Notes under the pieces: model-generated
Seen by the model: only the letters and a program-made list of their open reading frames with translations
The model's database searches: none
What the model was told of the DNA's origin: nothing
Assembly (NCBI RefSeq): GCF_039969095.1
Contig: NZ_JBDVOL010000017.1
Span: 94,039 to 158,038 of the forward strand
Reading direction: 5' to 3'
DNA from: Reichenbachiella sp.
Lineage (GTDB): Bacteria > Bacteroidota > Bacteroidia > Cytophagales > Cyclobacteriaceae
Length of the DNA: 64,000 nt
Position numbers and translations under genes: made by a program
Part shown: positions 39,118 to 49,345 of the stretch, in pieces
Layout: every line of letters starts with the position of its first letter
Numbering within the stretch: the first letter of the stretch is position 1

Positions 39118-40353
39118 ATGAAACAATTGAGAACATACTTATTATTATTTACCCTTCTATTATTAGTAAGGCAAGGTGTGTCTCAACAAGTGGGCTTTGA
39201 TTTTCCGCCTGACGTGCACAAAACATACATTCCATTTGAGCGATACAATAATCTGATCGTAATTCCGATCACTATCAATCATTCACTTACTCTCAAATTC
39301 ATATTAGATACTGGAGTTCAATATCCAATTCTTACAGAAAAAGTATTTGGAGATTATTTAGGACTTAATTACACTAAAAACATTACTATTCAAGGGCCAG
39401 GAGCTGAGGATTCAATCAAGGCAAAAATTGCTCAACAAGTATCTCTTAGTCTACCTGGAGGAGTAGAATCAGGCATAAACCAAGCACTTCTTGTATTAGA
39501 AGAAGATTATTTGGAATTGAAGAATAATCTTGGTACCGATGTGTTTGGAGTTATTGGTTATGACATTTTTAGTCGATTTGTTGTAGAAATCAATTACGAT
39601 GAAAATTACTTAGTACTCCACGAACCAAAAAAATTTCGAGCTAAGCGATCCTATCGTAAAATCCCTATGAGAGTAGTCAACACAAAACCGTATATCGAGG
39701 TTACGATGATGAAAAACGAAGAAGAAGGAAGAAAAATGCATTTAATGGTTGATTCAGGTGCAAGTCACGCCGTATTACTGGATAATCCTGAAGACGAGTC
39801 TCTTATCCCTGAACAAAATATTACTTCAGTCATAGGCCGTGGTCTTGGAGGAAACATCAATGGTTACCTTGGAAGAATGACATCTATCAAAGTGGGCAAA
39901 TTCGAATTTGAAGAGCCCATTGCTACTTTTCCAATCGAAGGAGATTATGGTGCAGCGATTAAACGTGGCAGCCGAAATGGAACGATAGGAGGAGAACTAC
40001 TATCTAGGTTTAATGTTGTTTTTGACTACTTTGGAAGTAATTTATACCTCAAAAAAAGCAGCCTGTACAACAAAGGATTTGAACATGATATGAGTGGTAT
40101 GAATATAGTAGCTGATGGCAAAAACTTGGATAAATTGAGAGTGAGTTCTGTAAGAGTAAACTCGCCGGCATTTGAAGCAGGATTAAGAGTAGGAGACAGG
40201 ATTGAAACTATTAATGGTTATTCACTTGAAAGCTTGAAATTCTCGGACTTTTCTACTCTATTAAGACTGAAACCAGGTAAAAAAATTGTGGTAAAATATG
40301 TGCGAGACGGAGAATCCCAAAAAACCTCCTTTAAACTTGTACGATATATATAA
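39118..40353 (+). CDS. Secreted retropepsin-like aspartyl protease with two D(T/S)G lobes and a C-terminal PDZ domain
   Basis: Signal peptide. FILDTGVQYP and LMVDSGASHAV active-site-like motifs lie ~150 residues apart. PDZ segment SPAFEAGLRVGDRIETING. Confidence 0.7.
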   Translation: MKQLRTYLLLFTLLLLVRQGVSQQVGFDFPPDVHKTYIPFERYNNLIVIPITINHSLTLKFILDTGVQYPILTEKVFGDYLGLNYTKNITIQGPGAEDSIKAKIAQQVSLSLPGGVESGINQALLVLEEDYLELKNNLGTDVFGVIGYDIFSRFVVEINYDENYLVLHEPKKFRAKRSYRKIPMRVVNTKPYIEVTMMKNEEEGRKMHLMVDSGASHAVLLDNPEDESLIPEQNITSVIGRGLGGNINGYLGRMTSIKVGKFEFEEPIATFPIEGDYGAAIKRGSRNGTIGGELLSRFNVVFDYFGSNLYLKKSSLYNKGFEHDMSGMNIVADGKNLDKLRVSSVRVNSPAFEAGLRVGDRIETINGYSLESLKFSDFSTLLRLKPGKKIVVKYVRDGESQKTSFKLVRYI

Positions 40354-40520
40354 CCATTTTAGCGAAAATCCTCAATCCATTCTGAGTTCCTTCAAATCGA
40401 TTTCTATCAAAATTAGCTTTGGTAAGCTTCTATCACAGATTTATTGAATTATCCTTTCTTTAATTAAAACAGCGAAAAACAATTTATTATTTAGCTTTGC
40501 GGTCTTAAAATTTCACAGGT

Positions 40521-43500
40521 ATGACCCAAAACAAAATCAATCCATATCATCCAAAAAATCACATCCGTATAGTTACCGCAGCATCGCTGTTCGATGGGCA
40601 CGACGCCGCTATCAATATCATGCGGAGAATTATCCAGTCTACGGGTGTAGAAGTGATTCATTTGGGGCATAACCGTTCAGTAAATGAAATTGTCAACTGT
40701 GCCATACAAGAAGATGCTCAGGCCATAGCGATTACTTCCTATCAAGGTGGACATGTGGAATATTTCAAATACATGTACGACCTACTCAATGAAAAAGGAA
40801 GTGGGCACATTAAAATTTTTGGTGGTGGAGGTGGAACTATCTTACCTACTGAAATAGAAGAGCTCCATCAATATGGAATCTCGAGAATTTACTCACCTGA
40901 CGATGGCCGAGCCATGGGACTTCAAGGCATGATCAATGATATGGTCAAATCAAGTGATTTTGCTATCGGAGAAAATTTAAACGGAGAATTCAAACAGGTA
41001 GATAAAAAAGATGCCAAGTCAATTGCCAGAATTATTTCAGCTGCAGAAAATTTTCCTGAACAATCTGCAGATTTACTTAAAGATATTGATAAAAAATCTG
41101 AAACTTCAACAACACCCGTTTTAGGAATAACAGGAACTGGTGGAGCTGGAAAATCTTCATTAGTGGACGAATTAGTCAGAAGGTTTTTGATTGATTTTGA
41201 GGATAAAAATATTGCCATCATCTCTGTAGATCCTTCAAAAAGGAAAACTGGCGGTGCTTTACTAGGTGATCGTATTCGCATGAATGCCATCAACAATTCG
41301 CGCGTATATATGCGCTCATTAGCGACCAGACAATCAAATCTCGCGCTATCTAAATATGTACAAGAAGCCGTGAACGTGGTGAAAACGGCAGGGTATGATT
41401 TAGTGATTTTAGAAACAAGTGGTATTGGTCAATCAGATACAGAAATTATAGAACATTCTGATCTGTCTTTGTATGTAATGACTCCTGAGTATGGAGCAGC
41501 CACTCAGTTGGAAAAAATCGACATGTTAGACTTCGCTGACATTATTGCACTGAATAAGTTTGATAAAAGAGGTGCACTAGATGCTCTTCGAGATGTTAAA
41601 AAACAATACCAAAGAAACCACCAACTCTTTGATGCCAATGTAGATGACTTGCCTGTTTTTGGTACCATTGCTTCTCAATTCAACGACCCGGGAATGAACA
41701 AGCTCTATCGGATTATCATGGATTCAATTGCTGAAAAAACTGGTGCTGATTTGAGGTCCTCATTCGAATCTTCGGAGGAGATGTCTGAGAAAATCTTTAT
41801 CATCCCACCTAAAAGAACCCGTTATCTATCTGAAATCTCCGATAGTATTCGAGAATATGATCAATGGGCAGAAAAGCAAAGGCAAATTGCCCAAAACCTA
41901 TACGGAATAGACAAGACCATGCGCTTGTCGCAGGATGAAGCGCTGAATAGTAAACTTAAAGAGCTCTACAAAGAAACTTCCCTTGATTTCGACCCTAGAA
42001 ATCAACAAATATTGGACGAATGGCAAGCCAAAGTAGACAACTACAATTCAGACGAATTTGTTTACCAAGTCAGAGGCAAAGACATCAAAGTTCAAACCAA
42101 GTCTGAGTCACTTTCTCATACCAAAATCCCAAAGGTTTCCTTACCGAAGTACGAAGGTTGGGGTGATATTTTGAAATGGAACTTGCAAGAAAACGTACCC
42201 GGTGAATTTCCATACACCGCTGGCGTATTTCCATTCAAAAGACAAGGCGAAGACCCAACTAGAATGTTTGCTGGAGAAGGTGGCCCCGAAAGAACTAACA
42301 GAAGGTTTCATTACGTATCCAAAGGACTTCCTGCAGCAAGATTATCTACAGCCTTTGATTCCGTCACACTTTATGGGGAAGACCCGGATCATAGACCTGA
42401 TATTTATGGAAAAATTGGTAATTCTGGGGTAAACATCTGCTGTTTGGATGATGCCAAGAAACTTTATTCTGGCTTCAATCTTTCAGATCCGACTACCTCA
42501 GTATCCATGACCATCAACGGTCCTGCAGCAACGATCTGCGCTTTCTTTATGAATGCCGCTATAGATCAGCAATGCGAATTGTACATCAAAGAAAATAGCC
42601 TCGAAAAAGAAATTGAGAAAAAGATAGCTGCCATCTACAAAGGCCGAGAAGACAAACGCCCAAGATATAATGGCGAATTGCCAGAAGGCAATGATGGATT
42701 AGGTTTGATGCTACTTGGCGTCACTGGCGATCAGGTACTGGACGCAGAGATCTACAATAAAATCAAAGTAGATACTTTGACCAAAGTTCGAGGAACTGTC
42801 CAAGCCGATATTCTAAAAGAAGACCAGGCACAAAACACCTGCATTTTCTCTACAGAGTTTTCATTGCGTGTGATGGGTGATGTACAGCAGTATTTCATCG
42901 ATCAGAATGTGAGAAATTTCTATTCTGTATCCATTTCGGGCTATCACATTGCTGAAGCAGGCGCTAACCCAATTACCCAATTGGCTTTAACGCTATCCAA
43001 CGGTTTCACCTTCGTGGAATATTATGTCTCGAGAGGCATGGATATCAACAAATTCGCGCCAAATCTATCTTTCTTCTTCTCGAACGGTATTGATCCAGAA
43101 TATGCGGTGATCGGTCGAGTGGCCAGAAGAATTTGGGCGAAAGCCATGAAACTAAAGTACGGAGCAGATAGTCGTTCACAAATGCTGAAGTATCACATTC
43201 AGACTAGCGGCAGATCATTGCATGCACAAGAGATCGATTTCAACGATATCCGAACCACTCTTCAAGCACTTTATGCGATTTACGACAATTGTAATTCATT
43301 GCATACCAATGCCTATGACGAAGCGATCACTACACCTACTGAGGAATCTGTAAGACGAGCGATGGCCATCCAGTTGATTATCAACAGAGAACTTGGTCTA
43401 GCCAAAAATGAAAATCCAATTCAAGGCTCATTTATCATCGAAGAACTGACTGATTTGGTGGAAGAAGCCGTACTAGATGAGTTTGACAGAATCACAGAAA

Positions 43501-43889
43501 GAGGAGGCGTATTGGGTGCGATGGAAACCATGTACCAACGAAGTAAAATTCAGGAGGAGAGCTTATACTATGAGACCTTGAAGCATACTGGCGAATTCCC
43601 AATTATTGGAGTGAACACTTTCCTTTCGTCTAAAGGCTCCCCGACTGTAATTCCACAAGAGGTTATTAGAGCTACAACTGATGAAAAAGAGTATCAGATA
43701 GAAATGTTGAACAATTTGAAAGAATTCAGTAGTAAAGAATCCGATTCTGCGTTGAAGAAACTACAGGAGACTGCCATTCACAACGAAAACATTTTCGACG
43801 CTTTAATGGAATGTGTTAAACATTGTTCTTTGGGGCAGGTTACCAATGCGCTTTTTGAAGTGGGCGGTCAGTATAGAAGGAATATGTAA
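40521..43889 (+). CDS. icmF: Fused isobutyryl-CoA mutase (B12-binding domain + MeaB-like G-protein chaperone + mutase catalytic domain)
   Basis: N-terminus [40 protein letters not shown] (B12 domain). [17 protein letters not shown] (P-loop) and NKFD. The C-terminal ~570 aa is a methylmalonyl-CoA-mutase-type TIM barrel. Total 1122 aa, and the domain order matches IcmF. Confidence 0.9.
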   Translation: MTQNKINPYHPKNHIRIVTAASLFDGHDAAINIMRRIIQSTGVEVIHLGHNRSVNEIVNCAIQEDAQAIAITSYQGGHVEYFKYMYDLLNEKGSGHIKIFGGGGGTILPTEIEELHQYGISRIYSPDDGRAMGLQGMINDMVKSSDFAIGENLNGEFKQVDKKDAKSIARIISAAENFPEQSADLLKDIDKKSETSTTPVLGITGTGGAGKSSLVDELVRRFLIDFEDKNIAIISVDPSKRKTGGALLGDRIRMNAINNSRVYMRSLATRQSNLALSKYVQEAVNVVKTAGYDLVILETSGIGQSDTEIIEHSDLSLYVMTPEYGAATQLEKIDMLDFADIIALNKFDKRGALDALRDVKKQYQRNHQLFDANVDDLPVFGTIASQFNDPGMNKLYRIIMDSIAEKTGADLRSSFESSEEMSEKIFIIPPKRTRYLSEISDSIREYDQWAEKQRQIAQNLYGIDKTMRLSQDEALNSKLKELYKETSLDFDPRNQQILDEWQAKVDNYNSDEFVYQVRGKDIKVQTKSESLSHTKIPKVSLPKYEGWGDILKWNLQENVPGEFPYTAGVFPFKRQGEDPTRMFAGEGGPERTNRRFHYVSKGLPAARLSTAFDSVTLYGEDPDHRPDIYGKIGNSGVNICCLDDAKKLYSGFNLSDPTTSVSMTINGPAATICAFFMNAAIDQQCELYIKENSLEKEIEKKIAAIYKGREDKRPRYNGELPEGNDGLGLMLLGVTGDQVLDAEIYNKIKVDTLTKVRGTVQADILKEDQAQNTCIFSTEFSLRVMGDVQQYFIDQNVRNFYSVSISGYHIAEAGANPITQLALTLSNGFTFVEYYVSRGMDINKFAPNLSFFFSNGIDPEYAVIGRVARRIWAKAMKLKYGADSRSQMLKYHIQTSGRSLHAQEIDFNDIRTTLQALYAIYDNCNSLHTNAYDEAITTPTEESVRRAMAIQLIINRELGLAKNENPIQGSFIIEELTDLVEEAVLDEFDRITERGGVLGAMETMYQRSKIQEESLYYETLKHTGEFPIIGVNTFLSSKGSPTVIPQEVIRATTDEKEYQIEMLNNLKEFSSKESDSALKKLQETAIHNENIFDALMECVKHCSLGQVTNALFEVGGQYRRNM

Positions 43890-43934
43890 TTCAATAGAGA
43901 TTTAGTATTTTCATGCTCATAAAATAAAATAGGC

Positions 43935-44507
43935 ATGAAGAATTTACCTTGGACCAATTATCTGATCGAATTTGTCACTGTAGTACTAGGTATTTTACTA
44001 GCTTTTGGGCTCAACACCTACTACAGCAATCAAATTGAACAAGAAAGGGTAAGCCATTACCTTGAAGGTGTCAAACTCGAAATTCAAGAAAATTTTATAG
44101 AAGTCGAAGATAAACTAGCTTACCATAAAGACATATTAATCCAATTATCTAAAAACCCTGAAAATGTAATCCTACGTCTCAAATCAGCAAGTGTGAAAAA
44201 TTACGCTTGGCAGATCGCTCAGGAAAATTCAATTAGTCAGCATATTTCATACAAGTTGTACAGAAAACTGGCTGAAATTTACGCCATGCAGCTATTACTT
44301 GAACAAAATGGAACAGAAGCTAGCAATATGATGTCCCATGTCAATGTACTCAGTCCTTTTTATATCGTAGGTGTGGACGTAAATGATGAAGAAGCGATGG
44401 AATTTGCTAAAAGCGTTAAAACAGGCTGGATACCGATATTTGAGGATTTCGTGCATTATGAAGAAAAGCTCACTAAACTTTATATGGAAGCACTGGTGAT
44501 GCTCTAA
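43935..44507 (+). CDS. Hypothetical single-pass membrane protein (DUF6090-like)
   Basis: N-terminal TM IEFVTVVLGILLAFGLNTYY followed by a helical domain. This architecture is common in Bacteroidota hypotheticals. The family name is from memory only. Confidence 0.5.
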   Translation: MKNLPWTNYLIEFVTVVLGILLAFGLNTYYSNQIEQERVSHYLEGVKLEIQENFIEVEDKLAYHKDILIQLSKNPENVILRLKSASVKNYAWQIAQENSISQHISYKLYRKLAEIYAMQLLLEQNGTEASNMMSHVNVLSPFYIVGVDVNDEEAMEFAKSVKTGWIPIFEDFVHYEEKLTKLYMEALVML

Positions 44508-44514
44508 TATAACA

Positions 44515-44538
44515 GCAGCCGACCCGTTAGTCGGCTGC
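44515..44538. terminator. GC-rich hairpin between convergent genes
   Basis: Perfect 9-bp stem GCAGCCGAC / GTCGGCTGC with a 6-nt loop. Confidence 0.6.
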
Positions 44539-44585
44539 CTATCTATACCAAAATAAGATAAACTTACATGGATTCCATGATAAGA

Positions 44586-45494
44586 TTAAGTCACTTTAAT
44601 CGCTTTCCTGCCGAGAGGAATGCTAATAGTTTTATTGGCTATCATGATGCCAAATAATATTAGAGCTGCACCTATAATAGCTTCAACAGCCAAAATTTCA
44701 TCCAAAAATATTACCCCTAAAGCTACGCCATATATCGGCATCAAGTAAGTGACCAAAGAGAGGTAGGAAGCACTGGCACTAGCTAATATTTTATAATAAA
44801 TCACAAAAGCGAGAGCGGTCCCAAAGGTCCCTAAAATGACAAGCGATCCTATCGATTCCCATGACAATGTCGCCCAGGAAGCTGGTCCCTCAACCATCAA
44901 CGCAAAAGGAATTAAATAAACAGACGTGACTAATAGTTGAGAGCTTGGTGCATACAACGGCTTCTCTTTCATCAAGTGCAACCTAGAATACACCAAAGCG
45001 ACACCATAAGAAATCGCAGCTACGGCCACTGCTACAATGCCTAATACAGAAGCATCTACACCAGAGACTAGCTCAGGTGAAACAAGCACCAACAAACCAA
45101 TAAAACCAAGAGTAGTTCCAACGATTCGTTCTACAGTCATGCGCTCATCAGCAATCGCAAAGTTGGCAATTAAAACTGTTGCTAATGGAGTCAATCCATT
45201 CAGAATAGAGGCGATCGAGCTATCTATGTACTGCTCGCCCCAGTTGATCAAAGCAAATGGTATGGCGTGCGCAAAAAAGCCTGCAATCGTCACGTGCTTC
45301 CAAAAATTCCATGATCTGTTGAATTCATAGCCTTTGATCAGAAGCCATATATTTAAAAGTACAGCAGCCAGCCCAATCCTTAAAGCCGCCAAAGTAATTG
45401 GTGAAATTTCAACTACGGCTATTTTGATAAATAGAAATGATGGTCCCCAAAGGGTCGCCAACAATAATAGCAAGAGTAGGTTTTTTAGTTTCAT
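44586..45494 (-). CDS. DMT-superfamily transporter (two EamA domains)
   Basis: Ten TM segments in a 5+5 arrangement. The probable start is MKLKNLLLLLLLATLWGPSFLF at 45494 (track ORF extends to 45533). Confidence 0.8.
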   Translation of the reverse strand: MKLKNLLLLLLLATLWGPSFLFIKIAVVEISPITLAALRIGLAAVLLNIWLLIKGYEFNRSWNFWKHVTIAGFFAHAIPFALINWGEQYIDSSIASILNGLTPLATVLIANFAIADERMTVERIVGTTLGFIGLLVLVSPELVSGVDASVLGIVAVAVAAISYGVALVYSRLHLMKEKPLYAPSSQLLVTSVYLIPFALMVEGPASWATLSWESIGSLVILGTFGTALAFVIYYKILASASASYLSLVTYLMPIYGVALGVIFLDEILAVEAIIGAALILFGIMIANKTISIPLGRKAIKVT

Positions 45495-45579
45495 AGGTTG
45501 TAAAATTAAGACAAAGTTTTTGGCTACCGCCAACAGTTTTTAGTTCCGATGGCGATAGCACCAACGAGACTTTCGTTGG

Positions 45580-45756
45580 TTATTTGATGAAAGACATGAG
45601 TCCAATATGAGGAGTCTTTACTTCCTTGAGATATTCTACTAAGTCGAATTCACTGGTTGTGGTGGTTCGCCTTTGTAGCTTCTCAGGTTGCTCGATCTGA
45701 ATGCACCCTTGTCCATTCAGCTTGGCAATTTTCAAATGTAGTGCTGGTGTTTCCAT
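45580..45756 (-). CDS. Possible 58-aa small ORF upstream of the EamA transporter
   Basis: Below the track cutoff. My translation is METPALHLKIAKLNGQGCIQIEQPEKLQRRTTTTSEFDLVEYLKEVKTPHIGLMSFIK. It is co-directional with the transporter, and its stop is embedded in a hairpin (45560-45580). No homology recognised. Confidence 0.25.
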   Translation of the reverse strand: METPALHLKIAKLNGQGCIQIEQPEKLQRRTTTTSEFDLVEYLKEVKTPHIGLMSFIK

Positions 45757-45856
45757 ATCGATTATGTTTAGAGTCTAGCGGAAAAGTTCCCGCTATAAAA
45801 AATTAAATGATGAGGAATGAAACGCCCGACTTAAAATTTCGTTCCATGAATTGGAT

Positions 45857-45875
45857 GAATTGATTTAGTCAATTC
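45857..45875. promoter_or_regulatory. LysR-type (T-N11-A) palindromic box in the divergent promoter region
   Basis: Perfect inverted repeat GAATTGA-TTTAG-TCAATTC containing TTGA-N5-TCAA, 33 nt upstream of the LysR ATG. It is flanked by direct TTCCATGAAT copies at 45842 and 45873. Confidence 0.45.
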
Positions 45876-45907
45876 CATGAATAAAACTAATACCTCAAAA
45901 CAAACCA

Positions 45908-46819
45908 ATGGAACTACGCCATCTCAAACTGGTACGGGAAGTGGCCGACAAAGGCAGCTTAACTAAAGCCATGGAAAACCTTTATTTATCACAATCCGCA
46001 TTGAGCCATCAACTCAAGGAAATAGAAACACACCTTGGTGCTCAACTCTTTCATCGGGTCAATAAGAAACTCATTCTCACAGGTGCAGGGCAGATTGTCT
46101 TAGATTCTGCTAAGAAAATCCTGAAAGAAATTGACCGAACCGAAAATTCAATCAAAAAGTACGTGAATGGAGATAAAGGGCTCGTTCGACTGGCTACCCA
46201 GTGTTATACGTGCTACCATTGGTTACCGACTTTAATGATAGATTTCAATAAGGAGTTTCCCAAAGTAGATATTGAAATATTTCCTGGAGTCACAGAAAAC
46301 CCGGACAAATTAATTTTGGATGGGGAATTGGATTTGGCAATCACAAGCGATTACAATGAGCATCCTGCGCTGACTTATACCGAATTGTTTCGGGATGAAA
46401 TGATGGCTGTAGTGCCCGCAGGTCATCCATGGACCAAAAAACCCTACGTAGAGGCCGAAGATTTTAGAGAACAGAATGTATTTATTCATTCTTACCCCAT
46501 TGAATCTGTTACTTTGTTCAACCAAGTATTGATGCCAGAAAGCGTAAAACCCAAAAAGGTAATGCCCATACAAGTGACGGATGCTGTACTGCAAATGATT
46601 AAAGCAGGCTTAGGTGTACAAGTCATGGCCAGTTGGATGGTAAAGCCCTATTTGACTGATAACAATCTTGAATTAGTGCCTGTCACAAAAAAAGGATTAT
46701 ACAGAACGTGGTATGCAGCACATCTCCATCAGCCCGAAGCGCCTGCTTACATCAATAATTTTATTGAGCACTTACGGTGCAATGTGGGTGGGGTTTGTGA
46801 GTGTGAGGAGGATTGTTGA
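45908..46819 (+). CDS. LysR-family transcriptional regulator (MetR-like N-terminus) with a Cys-rich C-terminal tail
   Basis: HTH region MELRHLKLVREVADKGSLTKAMENLYLSQSALSHQLKEIE, a LysR substrate-binding domain, and the tail CNVGGVCECEEDC. Confidence 0.9.
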   Translation: MELRHLKLVREVADKGSLTKAMENLYLSQSALSHQLKEIETHLGAQLFHRVNKKLILTGAGQIVLDSAKKILKEIDRTENSIKKYVNGDKGLVRLATQCYTCYHWLPTLMIDFNKEFPKVDIEIFPGVTENPDKLILDGELDLAITSDYNEHPALTYTELFRDEMMAVVPAGHPWTKKPYVEAEDFREQNVFIHSYPIESVTLFNQVLMPESVKPKKVMPIQVTDAVLQMIKAGLGVQVMASWMVKPYLTDNNLELVPVTKKGLYRTWYAAHLHQPEAPAYINNFIEHLRCNVGGVCECEEDC

Positions 46820-46825
46820 ACATTG

Positions 46826-46858
46826 AAACCTTACAGGTTTTGAAAGCCTGTAAGGTTT
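46826..46858 (+). terminator. Intrinsic terminator hairpin after the LysR gene
   Basis: Perfect 12-bp stem AAACCTTACAGG / CCTGTAAGGTTT with a 9-nt loop, 7 nt after the stop. Confidence 0.7.
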
Positions 46859-46963
46859 GCTCTCCTTAACCATTCAAAATCATCCATCTAAGGACACTTG
46901 ATTAAACACTAGGCACTTTCAGGCATTATTTTATATTTGTGATCAGTCAAAAAACCATTTACT

Positions 46964-49126
46964 ATGAAACTGAATCTCACGATACTGCTGCTACTTTTTG
47001 CATTAATCACATCTGCTCAAAAGAAACTCACAGTTTCTGACATCTACGAAAAGAAATTATTCAAACAAGAGACTGTGAGAAGTCTCAATTGGATGAATGA
47101 CGGGCAGTATTACACAGCACTAGAAGAAAATAAAATCTTACGATATGATGTGACTACAGGGCTGTCTGATTCTGTAATTATTGACGGTAAAGCACTGAAT
47201 CTGAAAATTGACGATTACAACTTCACGCCTGACGAATCAAAAATTCTCCTTCAAACTGACAAGAAAAGAATCTATAGGAGATCATTTACTGCTGAGTACT
47301 ATATCTTTACATTCAAAGGAGAAGAGCTGAAAAAACTTTCACCGAATGGACGACAATCCTACGCCACTATTTCTCCTGACAATAAAAACGTAGCTTTCGT
47401 ACGTGACAATAATCTATACTTTGTGAAATTGGTCAATATGAGTGAACACCAAGTGACCAAAGATGGAAAAAAAGGCCGTATCATCAATGGCTCTGCCGAT
47501 TGGGTGTATGAAGAAGAGCTTTACATGACCAAAGCATTTTTTTGGTCTCCAAATTCCGAGAAATTGGCGTATTATCGATTTGATGAAACCGAAGTAAAAG
47601 AATACAATCTACAATATTGGGACGATGGCGCACTCTACCCAAGAGACTATAAGTACAAGTACCCAAAAGCAGGTGAAAAGAATTCTATTGTAACCATCAA
47701 AGTTTACAATCTAAAAGACAACACTACCCAAATTGTAGACTTAGGTAAAGAAACTGATATTTACATCCCCAATGTTCAATGGACCAAAGACCCAGAGATA
47801 TTGGCGATTAAAAGACTCAATAGACTACAAAACCAACAGGATATATTTCACTATAGCACCAAATTCAAATCAGCTACCAACATCCTGACAGACAAAACAA
47901 AAACTTACATCCACGCCACTTACACGAATGAATGGATTTATCTGGACAACGGTACGCATTTTCTCATGTCATCAGAGCGTGAAGGTTACAAACATTTCTA
48001 CATCCATCGTATGGATGGTCAATTAGAATACAAGGCCACTTCTGGAGCCTATAATGCTGAAAAATTAATCACACTAGACCAACGCTCGAAGACACCAGTG
48101 CTATATTATAGTTCCACTGAGGGGTCATCGTTAAACCGACATGTATATCATGTAGATTATAAAGGAAAAGGCAAACTGAAGTTGAGTACAAAGCCTGGCA
48201 TTAATACTATTGACATGAGCAAAGATTTCAAGTATTATATCAGTTTTAATGAATCTGCAACCAGTCCATTGGAAGTTTCTCTCATGTCCACAAAAGGAAA
48301 CAAGTTAGTCAAAGTGCTAAAAGACAATGCAAAACTCAAGGAAACCGTAATTGAGTATGGGTTGACCGAAAAAATTCTCTTCGAAATAGAGGCTGCCGAT
48401 AAGAAACTACTCAACGCCTATATGGTGCAGCCGGCTGATATGGATAGTACCAAGAAGTATCCCCTGCTTATCTATCAATACAGCGGACCAGGTAAGCAAG
48501 ATGTGAAAAATGAATGGCAAGGCAGGCATTTTATGTGGCATCAGCTGTTGGCACAAAAGGGTTACATCGTAGTAGGTATCGACTGTAGAGGTACGGGTGG
48601 AAAAAGCGAAGAATTCAAGAAAATGACCTATTTGAAAATGGGTAAAATGGAAGCTCAGGATCACGTAGCAGCAGCCCAATATTTAGGCACACTTCCATTT
48701 GTTGATAAAGAAAGAATTGGCATTTGGGGATGGAGCTATGGCGGATATGTTTCTACTTTAGCTCTAGAGACGGGTCCAGATGTATTCAAAGCTGGTATTG
48801 CTGTTTCTCCATTTTTATGGAAATTCTATGACACCATTTTTTCAGAAAGATACCTGCGAAGACCCCAAGATAACCCTGAAGGATACAACGAATATTCGAT
48901 CATTAGAAATGCTGGGAAATTGCGTTCTGAGTACCTATTGATTCATGGTACCGGAGATGACAACGTGCATTTCCAAAATGCAGTTACCCTGCAAAATGAG
49001 CTGATCAATCAAGGAAAGCAGTTCGACTCCTTTTACTACCCTGACAAAGCGCATAGCCTTCGAGGCACTAAAACTCAGATTCATTTGTACACAATGATGA
49101 CTAATTTTCTTTTGGAGAATTTGTAA
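46964..49126 (+). CDS. Dipeptidyl-peptidase IV (S9B prolyl oligopeptidase family)
   Basis: Signal peptide, a DPPIV N-terminal beta-propeller (ADWVYEEE), the catalytic GWSYGGY Ser motif, and downstream GTGDDNVHF (Asp) and KAHSL (His). Confidence 0.9.
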   Translation: MKLNLTILLLLFALITSAQKKLTVSDIYEKKLFKQETVRSLNWMNDGQYYTALEENKILRYDVTTGLSDSVIIDGKALNLKIDDYNFTPDESKILLQTDKKRIYRRSFTAEYYIFTFKGEELKKLSPNGRQSYATISPDNKNVAFVRDNNLYFVKLVNMSEHQVTKDGKKGRIINGSADWVYEEELYMTKAFFWSPNSEKLAYYRFDETEVKEYNLQYWDDGALYPRDYKYKYPKAGEKNSIVTIKVYNLKDNTTQIVDLGKETDIYIPNVQWTKDPEILAIKRLNRLQNQQDIFHYSTKFKSATNILTDKTKTYIHATYTNEWIYLDNGTHFLMSSEREGYKHFYIHRMDGQLEYKATSGAYNAEKLITLDQRSKTPVLYYSSTEGSSLNRHVYHVDYKGKGKLKLSTKPGINTIDMSKDFKYYISFNESATSPLEVSLMSTKGNKLVKVLKDNAKLKETVIEYGLTEKILFEIEAADKKLLNAYMVQPADMDSTKKYPLLIYQYSGPGKQDVKNEWQGRHFMWHQLLAQKGYIVVGIDCRGTGGKSEEFKKMTYLKMGKMEAQDHVAAAQYLGTLPFVDKERIGIWGWSYGGYVSTLALETGPDVFKAGIAVSPFLWKFYDTIFSERYLRRPQDNPEGYNEYSIIRNAGKLRSEYLLIHGTGDDNVHFQNAVTLQNELINQGKQFDSFYYPDKAHSLRGTKTQIHLYTMMTNFLLENL

Positions 49127-49270
49127 TCATGCCATCATGAACAAAAACAAATATCACTTAAAGCTTGTTCATCTGTCAGAGTAATTTATCTGTGAGCATC
49201 TTGATCACAGTAGTGTAAGAAAAGTTGTAATTACTATTATAACCATCTAGATAGAATACTAGCAAATTAA

Positions 49271-49303
49271 AAAAGTAGCAGAAATTGCTTTTCTGCTACT
49301 TTT
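49271..49303. terminator. Bidirectional terminator between DPP4 and the flavoprotein gene
   Basis: Perfect 14-bp stem AAAAGTAGCAGAAA / TTTCTGCTACTTTT with a 5-nt loop. The A/T runs give U-tracts on both strands. Confidence 0.7.
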
Positions 49304-49345
49304 ACAATTTTGGGAGGTTAGTCAAATACCGAAAACTAGTACACT

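Noticed and set aside
40354-40520. Looked for a cobalamin riboswitch upstream of the B12-dependent icmF
   Set aside because: No B12-box (GCCACTG-like) and no extended conserved structure. The region is AT-rich with a plausible simple promoter.
40922-41296. 124-aa minus-strand ORF inside icmF, together with similar antisense or out-of-frame ORFs at 54066..54443, 60037..60399, 61258..61647, 59855..60235, 45037..45330 and 36686..36985
   Set aside because: Each is fully embedded in a gene with strong family motifs on the other strand or frame. The translations are low-complexity, and such ORFs are expected by chance in long genes.
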